Below are positions 17,106-25,815 of a stretch of 64,000 nt of DNA, in pieces. This DNA is from Candidatus Poseidoniaceae archaeon. GTDB taxonomy: Archaea; Thermoplasmatota; Poseidoniia; Poseidoniales; Poseidoniaceae. Both the position numbers and the translations under genes were made by a program. The notes under the pieces are model-generated. The model saw only the letters and a program-made list of their open reading frames with translations. It did no database searches and was not told where the DNA came from. The stretch covers positions 67-64,066 of the forward strand of contig DAIUCF010000003.1 of NCBI GenBank assembly GCA_036846305.1, read 5' to 3'. Positions within the stretch are counted from its first letter, which is position 1, and every line of letters begins with the position of its first letter.

Positions 17106-19238
17106 TCAAGCAATTTGAAGTGTATCATAACCCGAAGGACGTATCATACGGCCGTGTTGACAAAGTTTGTCAATAATGTCTTCAGCAGTTGCTCGGTCAA
17201 TGTCATATCTCTCTGCCTCGTTAAAGACCTCAATAAGTTGAGCTAGACCGCCGTTGTTTGCTGAAAGGGATGCGACAATTTCCATAATCGCCTTTTCTCT
17301 GTGTCGAACGGTTCCTTTCTTTCCAGTCACAAGCGTGGTCTCATCAAAGTTACCTCCCATCAATTCCTCACGCCATAAGCGTGTCATGCGCACTGCTCTT
17401 TGAGCATCATCCAGGGTTGCTACTTGAGAAAGTCGTATTCTGGCGCTAGCTTCGGCCAGTCGAGCCAAGGCCTCTAAGGCACGAGCTGTAATGGCTACAC
17501 TATCGTTTGAATCACCCGTTTGTTTACGGGTTTCGACATAGAAACCAACCAAATGGTCACGAGCATCCTTCTCCAGACTTGGATGGACCGTTCGCTTAGA
17601 GTAAGCGATGTACTTTCGTATGAGGTCGCGTGTCAAAACTTCTCCGTGTTCATCGGTAGTATCAACACCAGAGCGCGAGTTTGACTTTGTGGGGTCTGGC
17701 GCACTGCCCTCATTGACAAGTAGTTCGCTTGTACCTTGCAATCGATTAGCGATGATGTGATGGGCAATTTTAGCGTCTTTTTCCAACTCTGGGTCATCGG
17801 TCAGAAGCCAAATAATATCGAAACGGGAAATCAAAGGAGGGGCTAAGTTGATTTGAGCAGTGAAAGGAACTTCAGAAACAGGCTCAAAGCGTCCGTTCTT
17901 TGGATTGGCTGCGGCAAGAACTGCACAACGTGTTCTGAGACTTGCGTTAATTCCTGCTTTTGAAATGGATATTTTCTGCTGCTCCATAGCCTCGTGCATA
18001 CTGGAACGGTCGCCTTCATTCATTTTATCGAATTCGTCAATAGCAGCCAATCCCAAATCAGCTAGAACCAAAGCTCCAGCCTCAAGAGTCCATCTTCCAT
18101 CAGCAGCCGAGTCCTGCACTGCTGCCGCAGTTAATCCAGCTGCAGAAGCGGATTGGCCAGAAGTAAATCTTCCTCGCGGAGAGATTGTCGACATGTAACT
18201 GAGCAACTGAGACTTAGCAACCCCGGGATCCCCCATCAACAGGATGTGGATATCTCCACGGTTTCGAGTCCCGTCTGAATTTAATCGAGCCACGCCCCCA
18301 AACAATTGCAGCATCAAGGATTGTTTGACATAGTCCATTCCAAAGATGGACGGCGCAATGCTTTTTGTGAATAGATCATAGATATCTGGGCGTCGTGCCA
18401 ATTCCTTAATTTCAAGTTCCTCGTCTTCAGTGATGACAATTTCTTCAAGAGGTACGTTCTGTCGCTCTAGCGAGTGAATTCGAAGGAATATGTCGAAAAC
18501 CGGTGTATCCTTTCCACCTTTTCTTTGAGAACGAATAAACAGAACTCCGTTTGCCTTGACACGGTCACCTGGATTCAATTTTCCTGCCAAATCGTGTTCC
18601 GCTATACAGATAATTCGTTCCGGTTGTATTCCACCTTTCATCTGTTCAGGCAGTTCTTGAAGTTCCATAAACTGAGAATTAATGAGAATGGAATCTTTCT
18701 GAATAAGCTCGAAACGCGTTTGTCGTTTGGCTCGACCGCAGCCACCATCCAATTGCTGACACTCTATTGGCTCAATCAGTTCCTGCTCATTGGGTTGATT
18801 GATGAGCATTGAATGACCACAGGCCACACACTCGAAAGTGGCAGCATAAATTCGTGGTCGAACACCAGAGATTTTGGTTGTCACCGCATCAATTGCTAGC
18901 ATCATTCCGATGTCATCTGCTCGAAGTTGTGACACAGTACGAACTTGGTCGACAGGTAGATGGACAATACGAACGAAAGGGTACATGTTTGAGTGGCCTG
19001 CATCCATCAAAAATTGGCGTAAGGCTTGATTTGATGCATGAAAGTGTAGTTCTGGGTGTTGGACTATATCGTGTGCAAATTCATGATCAAACCCTTCAAT
19101 CACACGATATGAAACTTCAAGCGATTGCTCGTCAGGCCACATTTGAGCAAGATTGTGAACCGATTCTGCAAAGTGGTCTTGGATGAGAGATGTCCATCGA
19201 GCAGGGAGGTCAAATTCTTGAAGCATTGTTATCACCAA
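17106..19238 (-). CDS. mcm: MCM replicative helicase
   Basis: Zinc motif CVACGH...CQQLDGGCG. Walker A ILLMGDPGVAKSQLL. Walker B plus sensor AAIDEFDKM...AMEQQKISISKAGI. Arginine-finger context SRFDIIWLL. No intein insertion. The track start is a GTG (19238); the first ATG is at 19226. Confidence 0.92.
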   Translation of the reverse strand: MVITMLQEFDLPARWTSLIQDHFAESVHNLAQMWPDEQSLEVSYRVIEGFDHEFAHDIVQHPELHFHASNQALRQFLMDAGHSNMYPFVRIVHLPVDQVRTVSQLRADDIGMMLAIDAVTTKISGVRPRIYAATFECVACGHSMLINQPNEQELIEPIECQQLDGGCGRAKRQTRFELIQKDSILINSQFMELQELPEQMKGGIQPERIICIAEHDLAGKLNPGDRVKANGVLFIRSQRKGGKDTPVFDIFLRIHSLERQNVPLEEIVITEDEELEIKELARRPDIYDLFTKSIAPSIFGMDYVKQSLMLQLFGGVARLNSDGTRNRGDIHILLMGDPGVAKSQLLSYMSTISPRGRFTSGQSASAAGLTAAAVQDSAADGRWTLEAGALVLADLGLAAIDEFDKMNEGDRSSMHEAMEQQKISISKAGINASLRTRCAVLAAANPKNGRFEPVSEVPFTAQINLAPPLISRFDIIWLLTDDPELEKDAKIAHHIIANRLQGTSELLVNEGSAPDPTKSNSRSGVDTTDEHGEVLTRDLIRKYIAYSKRTVHPSLEKDARDHLVGFYVETRKQTGDSNDSVAITARALEALARLAEASARIRLSQVATLDDAQRAVRMTRLWREELMGGNFDETTLVTGKKGTVRHREKAIMEIVASLSANNGGLAQLIEVFNEAERYDIDRATAEDIIDKLCQHGRMIRPSGYDTLQIA

Positions 19239-19307
19239 GTTAACGGGAGTGGCTCCCGACTTTCGAACAATTATGGCAACCGTATTTAGCCATGACCGAA
19301 CAAAAAT

Positions 19308-19331
19308 CCCACCCCTCGATTTCCAGTGGAG
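19308..19331 (-). promoter_or_regulatory. Origin-recognition-box (ORB)-like element upstream of mcm
   Basis: The minus strand reads CTCCACTGGAAATCGAGGGGTGGG: the dyad TCCA-N-TGGA, then AA, a short spacer and a G-string. This is how I recall archaeal ORB elements. A weaker inverted copy, ACCACTGGCTTTAGGCGGG, lies at 19374-19392. Confidence 0.3.
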
Positions 19332-19405
19332 ATTCGTGAGGCCGACGCTGTTCGATTTGACGAAAAATCAATGACCACTGGCTTTAGGCGGGAACCGCAG
19401 AAAAG

Positions 19406-20455
19406 ATGAGGTATGGAGGAATGGGTATTCACATGCCGAAGCATGCTTTCTCTCCAATCAAAGGTTCGCTTGAACGATGGACTTTGAATTCACAGTTGCT
19501 TGAAAACAGATTAGGGGACCCTACCGAAAGAGAAATTCTAACTCATATTGCCCCCGAAGGACTTGAAATGATTGAACAGGGTGGCAAACTTCCAGTTTTG
19601 ATTTATTTAGCTCCTTTTACTTCTTCAGGGCCTGCTCGTGCTGGATGGAAAGCATTCGCAGAAACGCTTCCGCAACGGCATGAACGGTTGGTGAAGTCCG
19701 GCAAGATGAAACCTGCAATTTTAGTCATGCCAGATACTTTCACGACGCTTGGAGGAAACCAATTCGTTGATTCGCCCGTATTAGGCCGATGGTCATCATG
19801 GCTATCACAGGCGCTCAAGCCGGAAATCAAAACGCGGTATTCGACCAACGGAAAATTCGCCTTGATTGGGAAATCCTCGGGAGGATACGGAGCGCTAGTC
19901 AACGCAATGCTTCAGCCCGAGCAATGGGATGGGATTGCATGTCATTCAGGAGATATGGGTTTTGAAACAATGTTTCTGCCAACATTTGCTGAGACACTTA
20001 CCCATGTTGGAAGATATGGTGGAGCGCCACAATATGTCGATTACATCAGAAATGCTGAGCGCATGTCTGGCTCAGACTTCCACACACTCATGATTTGTGC
20101 AATGGCGGCATCGTATGACCCACGTAGACCAACTCAGGACAATCCCTTGGGAATTGTTTTGCCAGTGGAGTCAAAAACCGCTGAAACCCATTCCGATGCT
20201 TGGAGTCGCTGGATGAGTTTTGATCCGCTGACAATGGTTGAAGAGAAACATGAGGCCCTAAGAAAACTCAGCGCACTCTTCATCGATTGTGGTGGGCAAG
20301 ACCAGTATCATATTCAATATGGGAGCCGACGATTTGTATCTCGTCTGCTCTCGATGGACGTCCCTCATAGTTGGGAAGAATTCGCAGGAACCCACTCAGG
20401 AATCGACCACAGACTTGACTTGAGTTTTGCTTACTTAACAGAAATGTTGAGTTGA
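19406..20455 (+). CDS. Alpha/beta-hydrolase, putative esterase family
   Basis: KLPVLIYLAPFTSSG and the nucleophile-elbow-like LIGKSSGGYGALVNAM (GxSxG). Length is 349 aa. Confidence 0.55.
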   Translation: MRYGGMGIHMPKHAFSPIKGSLERWTLNSQLLENRLGDPTEREILTHIAPEGLEMIEQGGKLPVLIYLAPFTSSGPARAGWKAFAETLPQRHERLVKSGKMKPAILVMPDTFTTLGGNQFVDSPVLGRWSSWLSQALKPEIKTRYSTNGKFALIGKSSGGYGALVNAMLQPEQWDGIACHSGDMGFETMFLPTFAETLTHVGRYGGAPQYVDYIRNAERMSGSDFHTLMICAMAASYDPRRPTQDNPLGIVLPVESKTAETHSDAWSRWMSFDPLTMVEEKHEALRKLSALFIDCGGQDQYHIQYGSRRFVSRLLSMDVPHSWEEFAGTHSGIDHRLDLSFAYLTEMLS

Positions 20456-20510
20456 AACGACAAATGTAGAGAACGGTGAGTTCTTCACCCGCCTTCGTTT
20501 GAGTGGATTC

Positions 20511-21635
20511 ATGGCCGAACCTATGGATTACGCAAGTGCGGGAGTCGATATTGACCTCGAAGGTTCCGCTGTTGCTTCACTCATCGCTTCACTGAGTGCC
20601 TCTTCACGGCCTGCTGGAACACCTGGTGCACCCGTCCATCTACCCGGGGGTTTTGGAGGATTAATTGAATTTGGAGATTCTCTCCTTGCTATGGCAACAG
20701 ATGGGGTGGGTAGCAAACTACAGATTGCTTCGGCATTGAAACAATGGGGCGGAGTTGGTATCGATTGTATGGCAATGAATGTCAATGACCTACTTTGCGT
20801 TGGTGCAGAGCCTATCGCCTTTGTTGATTATGTTGCAGTACCTAAGCCGGACCCTGAAACACACGCTGCTCTTGGCGCCTCGCTAGCAGAAGCATGTAGG
20901 TTAGCTCGGGTCACACTTGCTGGAGGTGAGACTGCGTCTTTACCAGGAATTGTCAATGAACTCGACTTATCTGGAACAGCCCTTGGATACGTCAAAAAAG
21001 GCCAAGCAATAACCGGTGAACACTTGAAATCAGGCGATGTTCTCATCGGGTTACCTTCATCCGGTATTCATTCCAACGGTTACTCTCTTGTACGCCGAGT
21101 AATGGAACACACTGGCCATCAATATACAGACAAAGCGCCCTTCAATGTTCCCAGTATTGGGCGTACTGTGATGCATTTTAACGGTAACGACGACCAACAA
21201 TTTTCCCTTGGTGAAGTGTTTCTCAATCCTACACGAATCTACTGCGACCCCATCATAGATATGCTGCAGTACGCCGAAACAGATGGAGCACAATTCCAAC
21301 GCTCCGATGTTCGAGCAATATGCCATATCACTGGTGGGGGGCTTTCGAATCTACTCCGCCTACACGACTCATTAGGGTGGCATATTGATTCCCCACTTCC
21401 GCCCCATCCCGAGTTTGAATGGCTTCAGTCTGTAGGGGGGATTGAGACCCGTGAAATGTATCGTACATTCAACATGGGAACCGGGATGATTCTCGCTGTT
21501 TCATCGGACAAAGCAGAACAAATGACTGCTTGGCTCGAAGAGCGTATGCTTGGAACTAAAATCATTGGACATGTCCATGACCAAGGTCATAAGGTCACTC
21601 ACGCCCTTGAAGGCGTGGAGTTTTCCCATTACTGA
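20511..21635 (+). CDS. purM: Phosphoribosylformylglycinamidine cyclo-ligase (AIR synthetase)
   Basis: DYASAGVDIDLEG, GGFGGLIEF, ATDGVGSKL, LAGGETAS. The track start is a TTG (20499); the first ATG is at 20511. Confidence 0.9.
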   Translation: MAEPMDYASAGVDIDLEGSAVASLIASLSASSRPAGTPGAPVHLPGGFGGLIEFGDSLLAMATDGVGSKLQIASALKQWGGVGIDCMAMNVNDLLCVGAEPIAFVDYVAVPKPDPETHAALGASLAEACRLARVTLAGGETASLPGIVNELDLSGTALGYVKKGQAITGEHLKSGDVLIGLPSSGIHSNGYSLVRRVMEHTGHQYTDKAPFNVPSIGRTVMHFNGNDDQQFSLGEVFLNPTRIYCDPIIDMLQYAETDGAQFQRSDVRAICHITGGGLSNLLRLHDSLGWHIDSPLPPHPEFEWLQSVGGIETREMYRTFNMGTGMILAVSSDKAEQMTAWLEERMLGTKIIGHVHDQGHKVTHALEGVEFSHY

Positions 21636-21646
21636 GTCTGCTCAGT

Positions 21647-24316
21647 TTACTCTGCAGGTTCTTCGGCTGCAGGTTCTTCGGCAGATTCTGCAACATCGGA
21701 TGCTTCTGCATCATCTTCGTTCATCATCTTAATTGCCATACCCAGGCAGCCTATTGCTCCGATTAGAAGAAGTGGGGCTAGGTAATCAGTACCGACGTCA
21801 AAGTTTGTCCAGTACGTCAAAGCCTTTTGATTGGTCGTTACACTGGATGCAAGTGTTTCGGCATCATCGTCTGAAATTTCAGAACTGGATTCAATGGCAA
21901 ACACTGCTTGCAAATCGCTTGCAACAGGAGCAGTGTGCTGATCGGTGATTGGTCGCATGTCCAACCAGAAGGTCGACTCTGAAGAGCCTGCGATGATTGC
22001 CCCACTAAGTTGCTCTGCTTGCAAGGTCACTTCACTTCCAAAGTAAACTGGGAGTGCACCAGGCACTGCATCAAGCAGTGTGTCAGTATCCAAAAGTTTG
22101 GCTTGAATTGGGCGAGTCAGTGGGTCTAGAGATGCTGAACAATCATCGACTGCAATGTCCTTTAAAGTCGAAGTTCCATCACAAGAGATTGCTGCAGTTG
22201 CATATCCTGAAAGGTCAACTAAATCGCCAGATCCAGTCAAGAAACCACCGGTGGTATCGGTTCGAGATTCTGCGGTAATGAGGCCAAAGGTGTTCTGCAT
22301 CTTCATTGGGTCCTTCCAAGAGAAGTACGAACTGCCGTCAACAGCCATCATCTCGCCTTTATCGCAAGAAGCATTTTCACCGGTACAAATCATGTAATCA
22401 GTTCCAGTATCACTGACAATTCCTCCAGAACCGTAGTATGTCGCATTGGATTCAAGACTGGTCCATCCAACGGTCATGTCCATTGGGTTACCTGTAGCCA
22501 AGAAAGCTACAACAGGGTCGTGCCATCCGAGCAACCAGTTGTTAAATTCTTGAGTCAGGTATGGAGTTGTTCCAAACGAACTGATTAAGAAGTCAGGTAC
22601 GAAATCACCAAAAATTGGTGATGACACAAAGAAACTCAATGCATCGGCTGCGTTTGCATCAATGCCGTACAAAGCGCCAATTGTAGCGTTATTCCAAGGC
22701 ATTGGCTCAGCAGCCTCCATTGTGGCGAGATTGATTGGTGGCGTCATACCGCTCAATTCACCGTACATGAACAGAGTAGCACCTGTTTGAGTCGTTATAC
22801 CTAGAGGGCCGTACAAGATGTTTGCAGCCTGTGATTGGTTAATGGAAACAGGAGTAGCTCCTGCATGACCTGGAATCATACCAGCGCCCCATGCGCCACC
22901 AATGTTGAGCGAATTGTTGAGGTAAGGGCTGCCTACTGGACTCATACCACCGAACGTTTGGTTGACAAATTGCTGAGCATTCATTGTGCCAACACCGCCA
23001 AGAAGGCCAAGTTGAGCAGAAGAGGTGGATAATGCCCATCCAGCTGCCCAAGCAGCGGTTGCATTGTATTGGTCTAGGGTAAGATTGAATGCAGTCATAG
23101 CATCTGTAACTCCCATTCCTAGGAATGCCGCCAGACCGAATCCTGTTCCATCAGCGTTAGTAGCAATCAAACCAGTTGGAGTGGCTGTTCCGTGTCCTGC
23201 TCCCATGAGAGCAACGCCGTTAGCACCGGCAAAGTCGACGCCCAAGAGATTGTGGAGTCGGCTTGTGATGTCATCGTTATTGGTAGCATTGAAGGCTGTA
23301 CCACCGCCGTAGCCGGCGAAACTTGTCCCAACTGCTGCATACATGGTCCAATCTCGAACGAATGTCTTATGGAAGTCTGGCATTGTAGCATTGGCCATGG
23401 CAAGGTAACCATAGGTGGTGGCTCGAGCCATCACGGTGGAGTTCGATGGGTCTGCCATAACTTGGGAGACCAACATTTCTGGTTCGCCCATTCCAATGAA
23501 AGCAACAGAGCCGAGTGGTTCCATCAACGAAATGTTGAAGTTTGCATCAAAGGGATGGAAGGTGTTTGTCATTGCTGCATCCAAATCTCCTGATTGCCAA
23601 TCTCCTAAAGTGGCGTTAAGCGTAGAGTCGTTGTTTGCTGCCATAATGCCCATCCCCGTAGTGGAGGACTTCCATTGACCTTCAGCACCGTCAGCCCATG
23701 TGTGGCACGGAACTGATACCATGCCTACGAGCAGAACGGGAACTTTGCAGAGGTCACCGGTTGTAGCGGTTCCTGCTTGTGTGGTATTCATGTCTTGGTT
23801 GATCATTTGTGCAGCGAATCCAACCTTGGTCAAATCCATGATTCCATTGATTGCCATACCGGTAGCGCCAATCACTTGCGGGGTGAAACCGATGTTGAGT
23901 TGAGTGATTTGAACGTCACACGGAACTTCGGTGTCTGCTGAACATGCATAGGAGGTGTTCTCGTGATAGGTGATGGTTCCAGCATCTGAATCGTGAGATG
24001 TAAAGGTACGGTCAGAAGTAATGGTGTAAGTGACCGGTCCAATTTTTTCATGGGTTGGGGCGGTTCCGTTTGCCATCACATCATCGACATTGGTTACGGT
24101 CCATCCGTAGAAATCTCGGTCGGTTGTTGAAGTGGCCCAGTCTGGATTGATATCTGTACAATCTGAGTTTTCACAAATATCGTCTAACGGTTTGGTCTTT
24201 GTCGCTTCGAGAACTGCGTCTTCAACACCGCCAGTAGAAAGCACTGAAAGGCCTCCACTCAGCAGTATAAACACAAGTCCTGCAGCTAGCATCGTTTTAT
24301 CTGTCATCATTGACAT
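21647..24316 (-). CDS. Double-TM (N- and C-terminal) surface protein with a CD36/LIMP-2/SCARB-like ectodomain and a large insertion. The family assignment is tentative.
   Basis: TM at aa ~9-27 and TM near the C-terminus (LAPLLLIGAIGCLGMAI), then an acidic tail. Segments resembling my recollection of CD36-family signatures occur in the same order: FYGWTVTNVDDVM...GPVTYT; NWLLGWHDPVVAFL; LPVYFGSE; TFWLDMRPITDQ; LTYWTNFDVGTD. That this is a real CDS is high confidence (~0.85). The confidence given here refers to the family call. Confidence 0.5.
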   Translation of the reverse strand: MSMMTDKTMLAAGLVFILLSGGLSVLSTGGVEDAVLEATKTKPLDDICENSDCTDINPDWATSTTDRDFYGWTVTNVDDVMANGTAPTHEKIGPVTYTITSDRTFTSHDSDAGTITYHENTSYACSADTEVPCDVQITQLNIGFTPQVIGATGMAINGIMDLTKVGFAAQMINQDMNTTQAGTATTGDLCKVPVLLVGMVSVPCHTWADGAEGQWKSSTTGMGIMAANNDSTLNATLGDWQSGDLDAAMTNTFHPFDANFNISLMEPLGSVAFIGMGEPEMLVSQVMADPSNSTVMARATTYGYLAMANATMPDFHKTFVRDWTMYAAVGTSFAGYGGGTAFNATNNDDITSRLHNLLGVDFAGANGVALMGAGHGTATPTGLIATNADGTGFGLAAFLGMGVTDAMTAFNLTLDQYNATAAWAAGWALSTSSAQLGLLGGVGTMNAQQFVNQTFGGMSPVGSPYLNNSLNIGGAWGAGMIPGHAGATPVSINQSQAANILYGPLGITTQTGATLFMYGELSGMTPPINLATMEAAEPMPWNNATIGALYGIDANAADALSFFVSSPIFGDFVPDFLISSFGTTPYLTQEFNNWLLGWHDPVVAFLATGNPMDMTVGWTSLESNATYYGSGGIVSDTGTDYMICTGENASCDKGEMMAVDGSSYFSWKDPMKMQNTFGLITAESRTDTTGGFLTGSGDLVDLSGYATAAISCDGTSTLKDIAVDDCSASLDPLTRPIQAKLLDTDTLLDAVPGALPVYFGSEVTLQAEQLSGAIIAGSSESTFWLDMRPITDQHTAPVASDLQAVFAIESSSEISDDDAETLASSVTTNQKALTYWTNFDVGTDYLAPLLLIGAIGCLGMAIKMMNEDDAEASDVAESAEEPAAEEPAE
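21652..21681. repeat. Exact 15-bp tandem duplication at the 3' end of the CD36-like gene
   Basis: CTGCAGGTTCTTCGG occurs twice in tandem (21652-21666 and 21667-21681), encoding the C-terminal ...EPAAEEPAE. Confidence 0.9.
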
Positions 24317-24346
24317 AATTCTTCAATGCCAACCCATAGCACATAA

Positions 24347-24362
24347 GTGTTGGCGCCAACAC
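24347..24362. promoter_or_regulatory. Perfect 16-bp palindrome in a divergent promoter region (candidate operator)
   Basis: GTGTTGGCGCCAACAC lies between the start of the CD36-like gene (24316) and the trm1 start (24451). It is immediately followed by the AT-rich TATA-like stretch TAGTATAATTGGCATATATATTG. A second near-palindrome, AACCGATTTAATCGGTG, lies at 24403-24419. Confidence 0.4.
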
Positions 24363-24450
24363 CTAGTATAATTGGCATATATATTGAATTTCAAGATTAG
24401 CCAACCGATTTAATCGGTGTGGTCTTCAAGTTGAAGCGGTACGGGAGGAC

Positions 24451-25815
24451 ATGGGCGACCAGACTGGACCGGATTCTTCTCCCTCAGGATGGCCGGGCCA
24501 ACTATGGTTAGAAGGGCGTACTTTGGTCCATCTGCTGGATGAACAATCACGGCCCACACACATGCCAAGAGGTCCGGCAAAACGCACAGGGCCTGGTTTT
24601 CTCAATCCTGCAATGGCTCCGGCAAGAACAAGAAGTGTCATGCTACTCAACGACGCATTGGAGCATGGTTGGTTGGCCCGTACCGACCAATCGATACGAA
24701 TACTCGATGCTCTTTGTGCTACGGGAGTTCGAGTTCGAAGGTGGAGAAATGAAATCCCATCGCACCTCCAAAAAAGGTTGAGAATTACTGCAAACGATTT
24801 GGATGATTTTGCACTCGATTGGGCTAAAGCCTCTCATGCAACCCATCCACCATCTCAAGATGTTCAGCATCGGCCTGAAGACGACCGATACGGAAACAGT
24901 TACACTCAAAATTTCGAGAATGGGCTGAACTTTCGACAGGTAGATGCCCGTATCGCAATGATAGAAACCGGACATCAGTGGATAGACCTTGACCCGTTTG
25001 GCTCACCTGTGCAATTCCTTGATTCTGCCTTGCAAGGACTATCTAGAATCGGAGTGCTTGAAATCACTGCAACCGATACTGCTGCACTTACAGGCTCCTC
25101 GTCTTCGAGCCAAGCAAGAAGATACGGAGCCAAAGGTATTGTTGATGTCTATGCTCATGACGACGCTGTTCGCCTATTATTGGCCACTGTAGCTACTGCT
25201 GCTGCCCGATTGGACAAAGCAATCACTCCACTACTCGCTCTGTTTGATGGACACCATGTACGAATTTCTTGTCTTGTCAAAACCAGTCGAGAACAGGCAA
25301 GTGAAATTGGAGAAAACATCGGATGGAGGGTTCGAGAGGATGATGTCCCCTACCGGTTTGTTCGACATCCAACCCCTGAACAAGTCAAAAGAGGAAGTGG
25401 GCCGCTATGGATTGGGCCGTTATGGGACAAGAAGATTGCAAGCCGGATGACAGAAGAAAAAGCAATTGAATTATGCCAACCGGATTCAAACGAAGTTGAC
25501 TACTTTATTTCACAAGGATTGACGTGGGATGAACAAGACATTGAATATTCTACCCGAGAACTTCGTCGTAGTGTACGATATATTTCACAAGCCGCTGACC
25601 TCATGAGCCGTGAACATTTGTTGCTCAATCTCGATTCACTGCCCAAATGGGCTGGCGTTGGTGGCGCACCAAAAATCGAGAAATTGATTTTGAGCCTGAG
25701 CGATGCAGGTCACGCTGCTGCTAGACTGCCCGATATTGAACCGCTAATGGTTACCGATGCTCCATTTGAAACGGTTCTTCAACACGTTCGGAAACTCTCA
25801 GCTTCACCCAAATGA
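24451..25815 (+). CDS. trm1: tRNA (guanine(26)-N2)-dimethyltransferase Trm1
   Basis: GFLNPAMAPARTRSVMLL and WIDLDPFGSPVQFLDSALQ are characteristic Trm1 motifs. Length is 454 aa. Confidence 0.85.
   Translation: MGDQTGPDSSPSGWPGQLWLEGRTLVHLLDEQSRPTHMPRGPAKRTGPGFLNPAMAPARTRSVMLLNDALEHGWLARTDQSIRILDALCATGVRVRRWRNEIPSHLQKRLRITANDLDDFALDWAKASHATHPPSQDVQHRPEDDRYGNSYTQNFENGLNFRQVDARIAMIETGHQWIDLDPFGSPVQFLDSALQGLSRIGVLEITATDTAALTGSSSSSQARRYGAKGIVDVYAHDDAVRLLLATVATAAARLDKAITPLLALFDGHHVRISCLVKTSREQASEIGENIGWRVREDDVPYRFVRHPTPEQVKRGSGPLWIGPLWDKKIASRMTEEKAIELCQPDSNEVDYFISQGLTWDEQDIEYSTRELRRSVRYISQAADLMSREHLLLNLDSLPKWAGVGGAPKIEKLILSLSDAGHAAARLPDIEPLMVTDAPFETVLQHVRKLSASPK

Noticed and set aside
17106-19238. 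Checked MCM for an intein insertion, which is common in archaeal MCMs
   Set aside because: At 710 aa the Walker A-to-sensor region is contiguous and no Hint/LAGLIDADG-like block is present.
24426-24650. 74-aa minus-strand ORF at the trm1 5' end
   Set aside because: It is antisense to the motif-supported trm1 gene, Pro/Gly/Ser-rich, and has no independent support.
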